From positions 104,608-168,607 of the forward strand of contig CAYRGJ010000002.1 of the NCBI GenBank assembly GCA_964423835.1: DNA of 64,000 nucleotides, in the 5' to 3' direction. This document shows positions 28,947-38,044 of the stretch, piece after piece (the stretch's first letter is position 1; each line of letters starts with the position of its first letter). The translations under genes and the position numbers were made by a program. The notes under the pieces are model-generated. The model was not told the DNA's origin. It did no database searches and saw only the letters and a list, made by a program, of their open reading frames with translations. This stretch comes from an uncultured Dehalococcoidia bacterium (GTDB lineage: Bacteria > Chloroflexota > Dehalococcoidia > UBA2247 > RBG-13-53-26).

Positions 28947-30116
28947 ATGTATCTGAGGAACGACCAGGAGAAGCTGCGGCGGCTGGCCGAGCTGATGAAC
29001 GGCCAGTCGGCCACGCCCATTCTGGCCATCACCGACGATCTGCTCTACGTGTTCGACGCTGCACTGGAGCCGGAGGAGGTCGATTTCCTCTTGAGCATGG
29101 GGGGAGGCAACCTCAGTCGCAGCCAGGTTCAGTCCCGCGCCGGCCTGCCGGCGCATGAGTTCGACCGTGTGCTGGGCGCCCTCCTGGACAAGGGGCACGT
29201 TACCCTGATCAGGGCAGAGGCCGGGCAGAGCCAGCCGGCGCTCCACATCATGTGCATATTCCCGGGCTGGTTCGAGCACTACCTCATGAGCGGGAAGGAG
29301 ACCCCTGACCGCAGGGAGTTCTCGCGGAGGATGAGCGCCTTCTTCGCCCAGGCCCGTGATATTCCCCCGGATGACCTGAACGCCATCCTGGAGGCGGTTG
29401 GCCCGCACCGTTCAGTCGCCGTCGCGGCGGCGCCGGCGCCGGGGCTGATCAGGGTGGACCGGGCATTGCCGCCACCGGATGGCGGCATCTACCCGCCGCA
29501 CAGCGTCCTGGCCATCCTGGAAGGGCTGCCGGCGGATGAGGTCATATCCGCCGGCCACTGCTTCTGCCGGCAACAGCGGAAGATGGACGGGGACCCTTGC
29601 CGGATGGACCTGCCCCGGGAGGCTTGTCTGGGGATCGGGCTGGCCGCTGAACACGTGATCGAGATGGGCTTCGGCAGGAGGATCAGCCGTCGGGAGGCCA
29701 TCGATCTGGTGCGGGAAGCGGCGCAGAAGGGCGCCGTACACCAGGTAGGCCGGATGGTGCCGCTCACGGACTTCCCGGCCCGGTACGAAGTAGACATCAT
29801 CTGCAACTGCTGCTGGGACTGCTGCGGCGCCCTGGGCAACTACAGCCGCGGGAATCTCCCCTTCATGCTCAAGTCCTACTACATTGCCCGGCTGCCGGAC
29901 CCCGGCAAGTGCAGCGGGTGCGGCGCCTGCGAGGAGTCCTGCCCCATCAGGGCCATAGCGGTGGACGAGTCGGGCATGGCCAGGGTGGACGCCGGCATGT
30001 GCTGCGGGTGCGGGCAGTGCGTCCTGCACTGCGCCGAAGAGGCCCTCAGGCTCGAGCCTGAGGAGCGGAACGTATTCCTGCCGGTGCTCACCGGCAGCAG
30101 GCGGCGCATCGCCTGA
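28947..30116 (+). CDS. Cys-rich 4Fe-4S dicluster protein (paralog of 44014-44925)
   Basis: CFCRQQ..C, ICNCCWDCCG, then CSGCGACEESCP and CCGCGQCVLHC. ATG at 28947 preferred over the track start. Confidence 0.7.
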   Translation: MYLRNDQEKLRRLAELMNGQSATPILAITDDLLYVFDAALEPEEVDFLLSMGGGNLSRSQVQSRAGLPAHEFDRVLGALLDKGHVTLIRAEAGQSQPALHIMCIFPGWFEHYLMSGKETPDRREFSRRMSAFFAQARDIPPDDLNAILEAVGPHRSVAVAAAPAPGLIRVDRALPPPDGGIYPPHSVLAILEGLPADEVISAGHCFCRQQRKMDGDPCRMDLPREACLGIGLAAEHVIEMGFGRRISRREAIDLVREAAQKGAVHQVGRMVPLTDFPARYEVDIICNCCWDCCGALGNYSRGNLPFMLKSYYIARLPDPGKCSGCGACEESCPIRAIAVDESGMARVDAGMCCGCGQCVLHCAEEALRLEPEERNVFLPVLTGSRRRIA

Positions 30117-30152
30117 CGCGGAGCCGGCCGGGCCCGACTTCACCGCCGGCGC

Positions 30153-31154
30153 TCAGTGGAACTTGAACGCGCTCAGTTTGTCCAGGCGCTCGAAGTTGTG
30201 CCAGGATTCCACGTAGCGCACGGTGCCGGAGCGGGACCGCATGGCCATCGACTGGGTGTGGGCTCCTCCGGCGAAGTAGCGCACCCCCTTCAGCATCTCG
30301 CCGCTGCTGACGCCCGTAGCGGCGAAGAAGACGTCCTCGCCGGCCACCAGGTCCTCGGTACTGTAGACCTTGTCCAGGTTCAGCCCGGCGGCGATGGCTG
30401 CCTTCTTTTCCTTATCGTCCCGGGGCCAGGCCTTGCACTGGATTACCCCTCCGATGCAGCGGATGGCCGCCGCGGTGAGCACCCCTTCCGGGGTCCCCCC
30501 GACCCCCATCAGCACGTCCACCCCGGTGTCCGGCAGGGCCGCCTGGATGCCGGCGGCGACATCGCCATCGGAGATGAGCTTGATCCGGGCGCCGGCTCTC
30601 CGGATATCCGATATCAGGCCCTCGTGCCTCGGCCGGTCCAGCACCACCACGGTGAGCTCGGCCACCTTTCTCTTCTTGGCTTTGGCGATGTTCTTCAGGT
30701 TCTCGGCCACCGGCGCGTCTATGTTCAGGACATCCCTGGCCTCACGCCCGGCTACGATCTTGTTGACGTACACCAATTGCCTGGGGCAGTTCATGGTCCC
30801 CCTGGCCGAGAGCGCCACGGCGGAGATGGCCCCGGGCAGCCCCTTGGCCGTGAGGGTGGTCCCGTCGACGGGGTCCACCGCGATATCAAGCTTCAGGCCG
30901 GAGCCGTCCCCGATCTTCTCGCCGATGTAGAGCATCGGGGCTTCATCCTTTTCGCCCTCTCCGATGATCACCACGCCATCCATGTGGACGCTGCCCAGTA
31001 CGAACCGCATGGCGGTGACAGCGGCCTCATCCACCAGGTTCTTGTCGCCCATGCCCAGGAAGCGGGCGGCGGAAAGGGCAGCGGCTTCGGTTACGCGGAC
31101 CAGCTCCATGGCCACGTTTCGCTCAATTGGTCGGCGCGAGCGCTTGGCTTCCAT
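30153..31154 (-). CDS. glpX: class II fructose-1,6-bisphosphatase
   Basis: ELVRVTEAAALSAARFLGMGDKN.., VDPVDGT, GVGGTPEGV. ATG at 31154 has GGAGGGTGA upstream. Confidence 0.9.
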   Translation of the reverse strand: MEAKRSRRPIERNVAMELVRVTEAAALSAARFLGMGDKNLVDEAAVTAMRFVLGSVHMDGVVIIGEGEKDEAPMLYIGEKIGDGSGLKLDIAVDPVDGTTLTAKGLPGAISAVALSARGTMNCPRQLVYVNKIVAGREARDVLNIDAPVAENLKNIAKAKKRKVAELTVVVLDRPRHEGLISDIRRAGARIKLISDGDVAAGIQAALPDTGVDVLMGVGGTPEGVLTAAAIRCIGGVIQCKAWPRDDKEKKAAIAAGLNLDKVYSTEDLVAGEDVFFAATGVSSGEMLKGVRYFAGGAHTQSMAMRSRSGTVRYVESWHNFERLDKLSAFKFH

Positions 31155-31319
31155 CGTTATCACCCTCCAAATACCTGATTGTGACAAACCCAAGGCCAGG
31201 GGTATTCCGGCATAGCGGGAACCGCTGAGCGTAGTATACCCAGCCGGGGGCACATCTTCAACCAGGCCCCACGGCAGACGCTGCGGCCCGGCGCGGCCGG
31301 TCTGGCCGGTGCCAGGCCC

Positions 31320-32165
31320 CTAGCCCTCCGGTATGCCGGCCAGCACTCTCACCAGGCCGGGAAGGACCTCCGCCGCCGCCCGCGCGGGGGCATTGCACCC
31401 CACCCTCACCACCAGCCGCCCCCCGCAGACTCTCCCGGCAGTCTCTTTCAGGACCTGGCAGAGACGCGGATAGCAGCCGGAGGTCAGGGCCCTGGTGCCA
31501 TAGCTTTCCTGGTGGGTGTCCAGGCCGCAGAACCACAGGATGAGATCGGGGCGGAACTCGCGCAGTAGCGGCGGGACCTCCTGCCGGAAGCGGCGCACGA
31601 ACTCATCGTCTCCCGAAGCGTGGGGAAAACACACGCCGTTCCTCCCCTCGCCATGGCCATAGCCGCAGTAGCAGATGTGGAGGGCATCGCTGTCACCCGA
31701 CAGCAGCTGGCGCGTGCCGTCTCCGTGATGGGTGTCGGTATCCACTATGGCGAATCTGCTTCCCCGCGCGCTCTCCCGGGCCCAGGTGACTGCGATGGCC
31801 TCGTGATTGATGCAGCAACCGCCATAGGCATCATCCCGGCCGGCGTGGTGGCCGCCGATGCCGACCAGGGCCAGCGCATTGCGCAGCTGGCCCGACAGCA
31901 CCCGGTCGAAGGCCATCACCACTGCCCCGGCCGAGTGCCGGCTCACATCCCAGTAGCCATCCCGCCTGACGTCTTCCACCAGCCTCCCGGTGTGCACCCT
32001 CAGCACCAGGTCCTCCGCTACCGGCTCAGCCTCGAACAGCCTGATGCCCTCCGTCCCGAGAAGCCCCTCCCGCACGATGCCATCGAAGGCCTTCCCGATG
32101 TTCATGTCGGACGGGGCATGCTCGTTCCTCATGACCTCGCTGTAGAAGATGCCTGTAGTGTCCAT
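31320..32165 (-). CDS. histone deacetylase-family protein (second copy)
   Basis: GGHHAG and IVDTDTHHGDGT. ATG at 32165 chosen because the track extension is Gly/Arg-rich. Confidence 0.8.
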   Translation of the reverse strand: MDTTGIFYSEVMRNEHAPSDMNIGKAFDGIVREGLLGTEGIRLFEAEPVAEDLVLRVHTGRLVEDVRRDGYWDVSRHSAGAVVMAFDRVLSGQLRNALALVGIGGHHAGRDDAYGGCCINHEAIAVTWARESARGSRFAIVDTDTHHGDGTRQLLSGDSDALHICYCGYGHGEGRNGVCFPHASGDDEFVRRFRQEVPPLLREFRPDLILWFCGLDTHQESYGTRALTSGCYPRLCQVLKETAGRVCGGRLVVRVGCNAPARAAAEVLPGLVRVLAGIPEG

Positions 32166-32263
32166 AGGAATATTGACCTCCGGCAAGCCGTGACTGGAGC
32201 CGGGCGCCGCCCGAAGCCGCCTTCTCCGCGGGGGCCGCGGGCCACGGGACAGCGGACCTGCCC

Positions 32264-34525
32264 TCAGCGGTTCTTGACGACCAGCACGCCCACCACAAGG
32301 ACCCCCGCCACCCCTACCAGGGCCCAGGCCCAAACTGGCAGCGAAGGCAGCGGCGCCCGGCCCATCGGGGTATTGAAGGTCCCGTCCTCGGACGTGCTGC
32401 GATTGCCGGCGGCGTCCGTGCAGATCACACGGTAGTGATAGGTCACGCCGGACTTGAGGCCAGTCAACTGCACCACGTGCGATGTCTTGAAGTCGGTGGT
32501 GGGCGCAGTAGAGGTGCCATACTTGTCCGTCGGCCCATACTCGATCTGGCTGATCGCCAGCTCATCGGTGCTCCAGGATATGGTGGCCCCGGAGCTGGTG
32601 GGCTCGCCGGGTGTCAGGTAAAGGATCTTGGGCGGGTCGGTGCCCATGTCGATGCCCGTGGTGAACGCATAGTCGGGGGTCTGCGACCACAGGCCGGAGG
32701 CATCGCGGGACTTCACCTTGTAGTGGTAGGTGGTCTGGGCCGCCAGGTCCGCGAGGGCCACGCTGTGGCTGGTCACCATGGTGTTGTCGTAGGCTGACAC
32801 CATGCCGTAATTGGTGCTGATGCCATACTCCACGCTGCTCTCTGAGGCCGCATCGGTGAACCAGACGATGACGGCGGAGGTATCGGTGATGGCGGTGGCC
32901 GCCACGCCGGAGATGACAGGGGCGTCCACGTCCGTAGTGGTTGCGGTGGCGTCCAGCGACCGGCCGGAGTTCCCCCAGTAGTCCGTCGATATCACCCGGA
33001 AGTGATAGGTCGTCTGGGTCGCCAGCCCGGTCACTACCACGCTGTGATCGAACACCAGCGCGGAGTCTACGGTGGTGATCGATCCGTAGTTGGCCGTGAG
33101 TCCGTACTCCACCTGGCTGTCCGACCTGCCGTCAGTGGCCCACTTGACGGTCATGCTGGAGGCGGAGATATCGGTCACGATCACGCTGGAGATCACCGGC
33201 GGGGCGTCTTTCCCGGTGAGAAAGTCGAGCCGCCCGGACTGCATGGGGTTGCCGGCCAGGTCCCTCGATGTCACCCGGTAGTAGTACCAGGTCCCCGGAC
33301 TGAGGCCGGTGATGGTCACCTTGTGGCTGGTGACCAGGGCGCTGTTCACCGGCGTTATAAAGCCAAAGGCTGGGCCCAGGCCGTACTCCACCTGGCTGTC
33401 CGAATTCTCGTTGGTGGTCCAGACGATGGTAACACTGGTGGGGGTGACCTCGGTCACCGCCACCCCCGATATGGCCGGCGGGATGGTGTCGACGTAGGTG
33501 CCGGCAAAGGAGATCACGCCGCCAGCCGTGAGGGTCGCCGTCTGTGAAACGGGTGTCGTCATCCCGGACAGGCCACGCCAGGTGATGGTGTAGGCGCCGG
33601 CCGGCGCATCCGCATAGGTTGCCGGCGCTGTGCCGCTGTACCGCGCGGGCCCCTCTATGGTGAAGGCCGCGCCGGGCATGTTGGCCGTCACCGAGATCGT
33701 GCCGATCTGGGGGACAGACGAGTAGTTGCCCGTGAAGGAGATGCCACTGCCCGCCACGAGGTCCCTGGTCTCAGCGGGCGGCGTGTCAAATCCCGGCATG
33801 GCGCCCCAGGTTATGGTGTAGCTGCCCGGTGGCGCTCCGGGCAAGGAAGCCGGCGCCGTCCCACTGTAGGACGCGGCGCCGCTGATGGTGAAGGTGGCCC
33901 CCGATGGGTTGCTGTTGACGGTGATGGTGCCGTCCTGGGGCGGGATGGCGGTGTAGACACCGTCGAAGGTAATGGTGCTGCCGGCGGTCAGGGTCCGAGG
34001 TCCGGCCGGCGCCGGCGTGTTGTAACCAGCGACGGAGTTCCAGGTGATACTGTAGTCGCCGGCCTGCGCATTGCTGATGGTTCGCGGTCCCCCATTGTAC
34101 GTGCCAGCGCCGGTGATGTTGAACGTCGCTCCCGGCACGTTGGCCGTCACGACTATCGTGCCGGTCTGAGGTGTGCTTGTGTATGTGCCAACGAACCTGA
34201 TGCTGCCGCCACCGGGTTGGTCGGATAGGGTCTTCGTCTCGGGACTCGGCGTTTCATACCCTGTCACTGGCTGCCAGGTTATCGTGTAGTCACCTGGCAA
34301 GACATCACTGAAATCGTCCGGCGCCTCTCCGCTGTAACCGCCTGGGCTGATGCTGAACCGGGCATTGGGGAGGTTGCTGTCCACATGGATCGTCCCGTTC
34401 TCCGACACCGAGAACGCGGCCTCGGCCGCCGCGGGAAATGCCAGCGGTGTGCCGACGGCGCCACAGATGCAGGAGAGAATTATGACCGCAAGAGTCAGGA
34501 CCCTCGCCAGATTCCTCGTTCCCAT
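32264..34525 (-). CDS. cell-surface protein: signal peptide, 4 PEGA-like modules, 4 Fn3-like modules, C-terminal TM anchor
   Basis: MGTRNLARVLTLAVIILSCICGAV signal. Four ~72-aa repeats (GTIxVxxNxPGAxFxI...YTITW...FxGxY). Four repeats with SDSQVEYGL..YG...H.V.L.GL...T.Y.YRV. Ends in VWAWALVGVAGVLVVGVLVVKNR. Confidence 0.8.
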   Translation of the reverse strand: MGTRNLARVLTLAVIILSCICGAVGTPLAFPAAAEAAFSVSENGTIHVDSNLPNARFSISPGGYSGEAPDDFSDVLPGDYTITWQPVTGYETPSPETKTLSDQPGGGSIRFVGTYTSTPQTGTIVVTANVPGATFNITGAGTYNGGPRTISNAQAGDYSITWNSVAGYNTPAPAGPRTLTAGSTITFDGVYTAIPPQDGTITVNSNPSGATFTISGAASYSGTAPASLPGAPPGSYTITWGAMPGFDTPPAETRDLVAGSGISFTGNYSSVPQIGTISVTANMPGAAFTIEGPARYSGTAPATYADAPAGAYTITWRGLSGMTTPVSQTATLTAGGVISFAGTYVDTIPPAISGVAVTEVTPTSVTIVWTTNENSDSQVEYGLGPAFGFITPVNSALVTSHKVTITGLSPGTWYYYRVTSRDLAGNPMQSGRLDFLTGKDAPPVISSVIVTDISASSMTVKWATDGRSDSQVEYGLTANYGSITTVDSALVFDHSVVVTGLATQTTYHFRVISTDYWGNSGRSLDATATTTDVDAPVISGVAATAITDTSAVIVWFTDAASESSVEYGISTNYGMVSAYDNTMVTSHSVALADLAAQTTYHYKVKSRDASGLWSQTPDYAFTTGIDMGTDPPKILYLTPGEPTSSGATISWSTDELAISQIEYGPTDKYGTSTAPTTDFKTSHVVQLTGLKSGVTYHYRVICTDAAGNRSTSEDGTFNTPMGRAPLPSLPVWAWALVGVAGVLVVGVLVVKNR

Positions 34526-34738
34526 GTTCAACCCCCTGAGACCGGCCCCCGCTGGAGAAACACACAGCGACCGCATGGTCGCTGCGCCCCTCAGCTATTT
34601 GACCAGGAGACTATTGCTGCTGCATGACATAATGTGACATTATCCAGTATACCATTACCCAGGCCAGAGGCAAGCGGAATGTCCGGCGGCCGCGATCAGG
34701 AGGTGAACGATTTGTGATGCCGGCCAGCGTCATCCATC

Positions 34739-34768
34739 TTGACAGTCGGAGGGGAAAAAGCGTATCAT
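34739..34768 (+). promoter_or_regulatory. sigma70-like promoter TTGACA-18-TATCAT
   Basis: TTGACA at 34739-34744 and TATCAT at 34763-34768. It points into a segment with no plausible plus-strand ORF. Confidence 0.55.
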
Positions 34769-34775
34769 TAAATAC

Positions 34776-34936
34776 GTTCTCGGGTGGTCGAACCAGTCGA
34801 AGAGGCAAAGTCCGCCAGAGCAAAACGGGTAGGGTTGTCACCTACATGGCTCACTCGGAAACGAGCTGAAGCTGATCAAGGCTCAAAGGCGGAAAATGAC
34901 CGGGGAAGCTGGAAAGGTCACCCGAGATTTCTTTAT
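34776..34936 (+). ncRNA. candidate small structured RNA (unclassified; a rod-like 6S-type fold is possible)
   Basis: A closing helix TCTCGGGTG (34778-86) / CACCCGAGA (34919-27) starts a few nt after the predicted TSS and is followed by TTTCTTTAT. Internal helices include a CUCG-GAAA-CGAG tetraloop hairpin. Confidence 0.4.
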
Positions 34937-35505
34937 GTGCTTCGGGCCCTTATGGACCGGACCAGGCTGGTGGTGTCGCTCTGGACCACGGCCAGGTCCT
35001 CCTCGTTGGGGCGGCCCCTGATATCACCCAGGCGGCCCATGGTGTTGATCTCCCGTCCTTCGTGAAACTCCCCCACCACGTACCACTCGTCAGCCACATC
35101 GAACCCCAGGTGCTCGAAGAGCTGCGCCATGTACTTGCCAGAGGTCAGCACCTCGTTGCGCCCCGTGTGCGGGCCGGAGTAGGTGCAGAATACCACCGCC
35201 GTCTTGCCGGGAACCTTGGGGGCCCCCAGCTTGATGTCACCCCTGGCCCGGTGAAGGTTGAGCTTGTCCTTTATGAACTGCATCATCGGCGCGGCGGGCA
35301 GAAAATCGATGGACGGCGAGCCCAGGAATACCAGGTCGTACTCATAGAACTCCTTGTCCCCCGCATCGCCCACGCTGCAGAGAGTGCATTCCACATTCTC
35401 GCCGACAAGCCCGCGGCATATGGCGTCAGCCACCTTCCGGGTGTTCCCGGTAGCTGAGAAGTACACGATCAGCGCCTTCAGGTCTTTCTCGTCTCTGGAA
35501 TTCAC
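34933..35505 (-). CDS. flavodoxin-family protein
   Basis: KALIVYFSATGNTRKVA.. and a flavodoxin-like layout. GTG start preceded by GGGAGGGAG. Confidence 0.8.
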   Translation of the reverse strand: MNSRDEKDLKALIVYFSATGNTRKVADAICRGLVGENVECTLCSVGDAGDKEFYEYDLVFLGSPSIDFLPAAPMMQFIKDKLNLHRARGDIKLGAPKVPGKTAVVFCTYSGPHTGRNEVLTSGKYMAQLFEHLGFDVADEWYVVGEFHEGREINTMGRLGDIRGRPNEEDLAVVQSDTTSLVRSIRARST

Positions 35506-35515
35506 GGCTCCCTCC

Positions 35516-36568
35516 CTAGAACAGGTCCCTCTCCGCTTTGCCGTACCGGGCGGGAAAGGTCCCCTCCAAATCTACCCTGTTCGCCCTGATTCTGTCCAAC
35601 CTCCGGGTCATCTCCTGCAGCTTGCGGTTCAGGAACCTGAGGGCCTGGCCCCGGGAGCCCTGGGGCAAAGCTCTGAGCGTCAGCTCGACCGCGCCGAAGC
35701 TGCGGGCCTCGATCTCCAGGCTTTTCACCTGCGGGGCGCCGCCGATGAAGCTGCAGATGGAGTCCACGAAGCTGTTGTGGTAGGCGGCCGCCGAGTGGTA
35801 CTTGACCAGTATGGCCAGGTCGTCCCTGGTGGCCTTCAACCTGGCCTCATGCTCCAGGGCCTTCTTGTGCTGGAGCACGTAGTGCTCCGCCTGGAGCTCC
35901 AGCGGGAGGTAACGGGTACGGGCTGGCGGCCGCCCCCGCAGGTATTCCCGGCGCCAGTTGATGGCCAGGTCCAGGCCGTAGATGGCCCCCAGGTAATCCA
36001 CGAAGGGCAGCCCGTCATTCTCGGTGGCGCACAGGTTGCGCTCGATGTAGCTCCGGCGCGAGCGTCCGATCGGGCCCCGCAGCACATCCGGATGGACCAG
36101 CACCCGGGGCCACACGGCCAGGCTCTCGGCGATCTCGTAGGCCCCGGTGAAGGCCGGTCCGAACATCACATTGAGCCTGGGCTCCTGCGCCTGGTAGTGC
36201 TTGCCCACCGTGACCGCGCCTCTAAGGAACGTGCCCCGGATCGTCAGCCGGGCCTGGATGAGAGCGATGGCGTAGAGCATGTAGAGCAGGGACGTGGCAT
36301 CTACCCGGTCGGCGCAGAGCACGACCGTGTCCGAGAACATCTGGCTGGTGACCTCCGGCGCCTTCTCCGGCGCCGTGACCGGCTGCAGCTCCCGGAGGAG
36401 CCTCTGCGCCTCATCCACTGACTGGCTCAGCATCTCCAGCGTGGCCCGGATGCGCGGCGCCTCCCTGGGGTCCCTCTCAGAGGCCTTTATGCGGTTCTTG
36501 AGGCCCAGGATATCCAGGTAGCATATCAGCCGATCACCGTATACCGTATTGATCATCGTATTTCGCAC
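35516..36568 (-). CDS. hypothetical protein with a class III nucleotidyl-cyclase/GGDEF-like palm motif pattern and a helical C-terminal half
   Basis: ICYLDILGL ... QMFSDTVVLCA ... LRGAVTVGKHY ... MFGPAFTGAYEIAE, in the order and spacing of cyclase-homology domains. The start is ambiguous (GTG 36568 or ATG 36556). Confidence 0.6.
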   Translation of the reverse strand: MRNTMINTVYGDRLICYLDILGLKNRIKASERDPREAPRIRATLEMLSQSVDEAQRLLRELQPVTAPEKAPEVTSQMFSDTVVLCADRVDATSLLYMLYAIALIQARLTIRGTFLRGAVTVGKHYQAQEPRLNVMFGPAFTGAYEIAESLAVWPRVLVHPDVLRGPIGRSRRSYIERNLCATENDGLPFVDYLGAIYGLDLAINWRREYLRGRPPARTRYLPLELQAEHYVLQHKKALEHEARLKATRDDLAILVKYHSAAAYHNSFVDSICSFIGGAPQVKSLEIEARSFGAVELTLRALPQGSRGQALRFLNRKLQEMTRRLDRIRANRVDLEGTFPARYGKAERDLF

Positions 36569-36608
36569 CCTGTCTCGGGTAGACCGGCCAGATTATACCA
36601 GCACCGGG

Positions 36609-37241
36609 TCACGATGAGTATCCAGGCTGCCTGGTTCTGCGCAACCAATCATTCATCAGCCTGAAGAACTCCAGGGAGACCCCATCGTATGAGGCCGCGT
36701 AGCCGGTGACCTCGGCCGGATGGAACAGCGCCTCTTCACCCACGGGACTGACCGGCAGCTGGGTGTTGTGGAATCCGTCCCAACCCTCATTCACGGGCAG
36801 GCCCAACTGCTTCAGCGGCAGGTCCACGGTCGCGTCAACCAGGACCAGGTCCCCCTCGATCTCCACTCTGCAGGCCAGATGGTGGGCGACGGGCATGGCG
36901 GCAGCCAGCTCCCGCAGGTGCGGCGGGTAGTCAACCTCAAGGTCGCTCCAGCGGAAGGGGTAGACGGCATACAGGGTCGGCAGGTCCAGCTTCTGGTACA
37001 TATCCCGGAGCAGGAAGTGCTTTGGCGTGCAGGACCCCTGGCCCAGGGCGAGCATGTCGAGGTAGCGCGCCGCGCTGTTTATGGAGGGGACCACGGCATA
37101 GGGGATGTCCCTTATCTTCTCAAAGACGGCCACTCTGGCGGCGGCCCCGGTCCTGCCCCGGACCCATTCGCGGAACTTCTCGTCGACGAGAGTGCTCACG
37201 CGCCGTCCCGGCCCAGCGGGGCGCGGCCATCTCCGAGCCAT
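36609..37241 (-). CDS. transglutaminase-like cysteine peptidase superfamily protein
   Basis: GQGSCTPKHFLL (Cys), AHHLACRVEI (His), LVLVDATVD (Asp). Start taken at ATG 37241 to avoid overlap with the upstream gene. Confidence 0.7.
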   Translation of the reverse strand: MARRWPRPAGPGRRVSTLVDEKFREWVRGRTGAAARVAVFEKIRDIPYAVVPSINSAARYLDMLALGQGSCTPKHFLLRDMYQKLDLPTLYAVYPFRWSDLEVDYPPHLRELAAAMPVAHHLACRVEIEGDLVLVDATVDLPLKQLGLPVNEGWDGFHNTQLPVSPVGEEALFHPAEVTGYAASYDGVSLEFFRLMNDWLRRTRQPGYSS

Positions 37242-37263
37242 CGCCGCAGGGGAAGGCGGCCGG

Positions 37264-37689
37264 TCAGACCCGCTCCCATACCAGGTGCCCCGTGTGAGGA
37301 TCACCGAAAAGAAGGAAGGCCGGCATGGTCAGGGACAGCCGGTTGCCCTCGAGCCGCATGAGCCGCTCCACGGACTCGCCCGTAACGTTGGGGTCCAGGC
37401 TGGCCTCCACGTGATGCACCACCCTGTCCCCTCTGATCTCGTACCGGCCGCAGTAGGATACGAAGGCAGCCGCGGCCATCGCCTTCTCTTGCGTGCTGGC
37501 CAGGCTGAGCATGTCGACGCTGAGCCGGGGGCGATTGGCCTTCATCATGGCCACGTGCATGTAGCCGTCCTCTCCGTACCCGAGGTACCCGGCCGGGTCC
37601 TTGCCCAGCGGGTAGTGCACCCGGCCGTCCGGGCCTATGACCTCAAAAGAGACCAGCTTCCAGGTTCCCACCAGGGGGCTCTTGGCCAT
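37264..37689 (-). CDS. lipocalin-like domain protein
   Basis: SPLVGTWKLVSFEV...GYLGYGEDGYM..YCGRYEI, the pattern of bacterial lipocalin-like beta-barrels. Confidence 0.7.
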   Translation of the reverse strand: MAKSPLVGTWKLVSFEVIGPDGRVHYPLGKDPAGYLGYGEDGYMHVAMMKANRPRLSVDMLSLASTQEKAMAAAAFVSYCGRYEIRGDRVVHHVEASLDPNVTGESVERLMRLEGNRLSLTMPAFLLFGDPHTGHLVWERV

Positions 37690-38044
37690 GTGCCGCCTCC
37701 TTCGTGCCGGGCCGGGGCCCGTTCGTTCCGCGGCGCCCCGCCGGGATGTCCACAGCCTAGCGATGGCCGCGGCCGCCTGTCAACCGGCTGCCGCATCCGT
37801 TCGGCTTCAAGGTGGCCTGCTCTCCGGTGAGGCTGGCCGGCGGCAGCGCCGGCTGGAGCCGCGTCGTGGCCCTGCTCGAGGATTGACGCCATAGACTTGA
37901 CATAATCCCAGAGCGCCGCGCTCTGTTTGAGCACCGGCGGGCGGCCTGGCTGGCGGGTCGAGGACTTTTGGGATACTATTGCATGAGCGGCCCCGGATCA
38001 CAGGCCACGGGCCACGGGGCAGCGGAACGGGGGGGGTAACCGTC

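Noticed and set aside
32264-32360. LPXTG sortase signal at the C-terminus of the surface protein.
   Set aside because: The sequence is LPSLP, not LPXTG, and no sortase gene is present in the window.
34776-34936. Identification of the candidate RNA as SRP (4.5S) RNA or as a Moco riboswitch.
   Set aside because: The apical hairpin has a GAAA loop but lacks the conserved GGAA/AGCA domain IV motifs. The CUGGAAAGG match to the E. coli moaA leader is probably just an SD-like string, and no gene follows on the plus strand. It is left unclassified.
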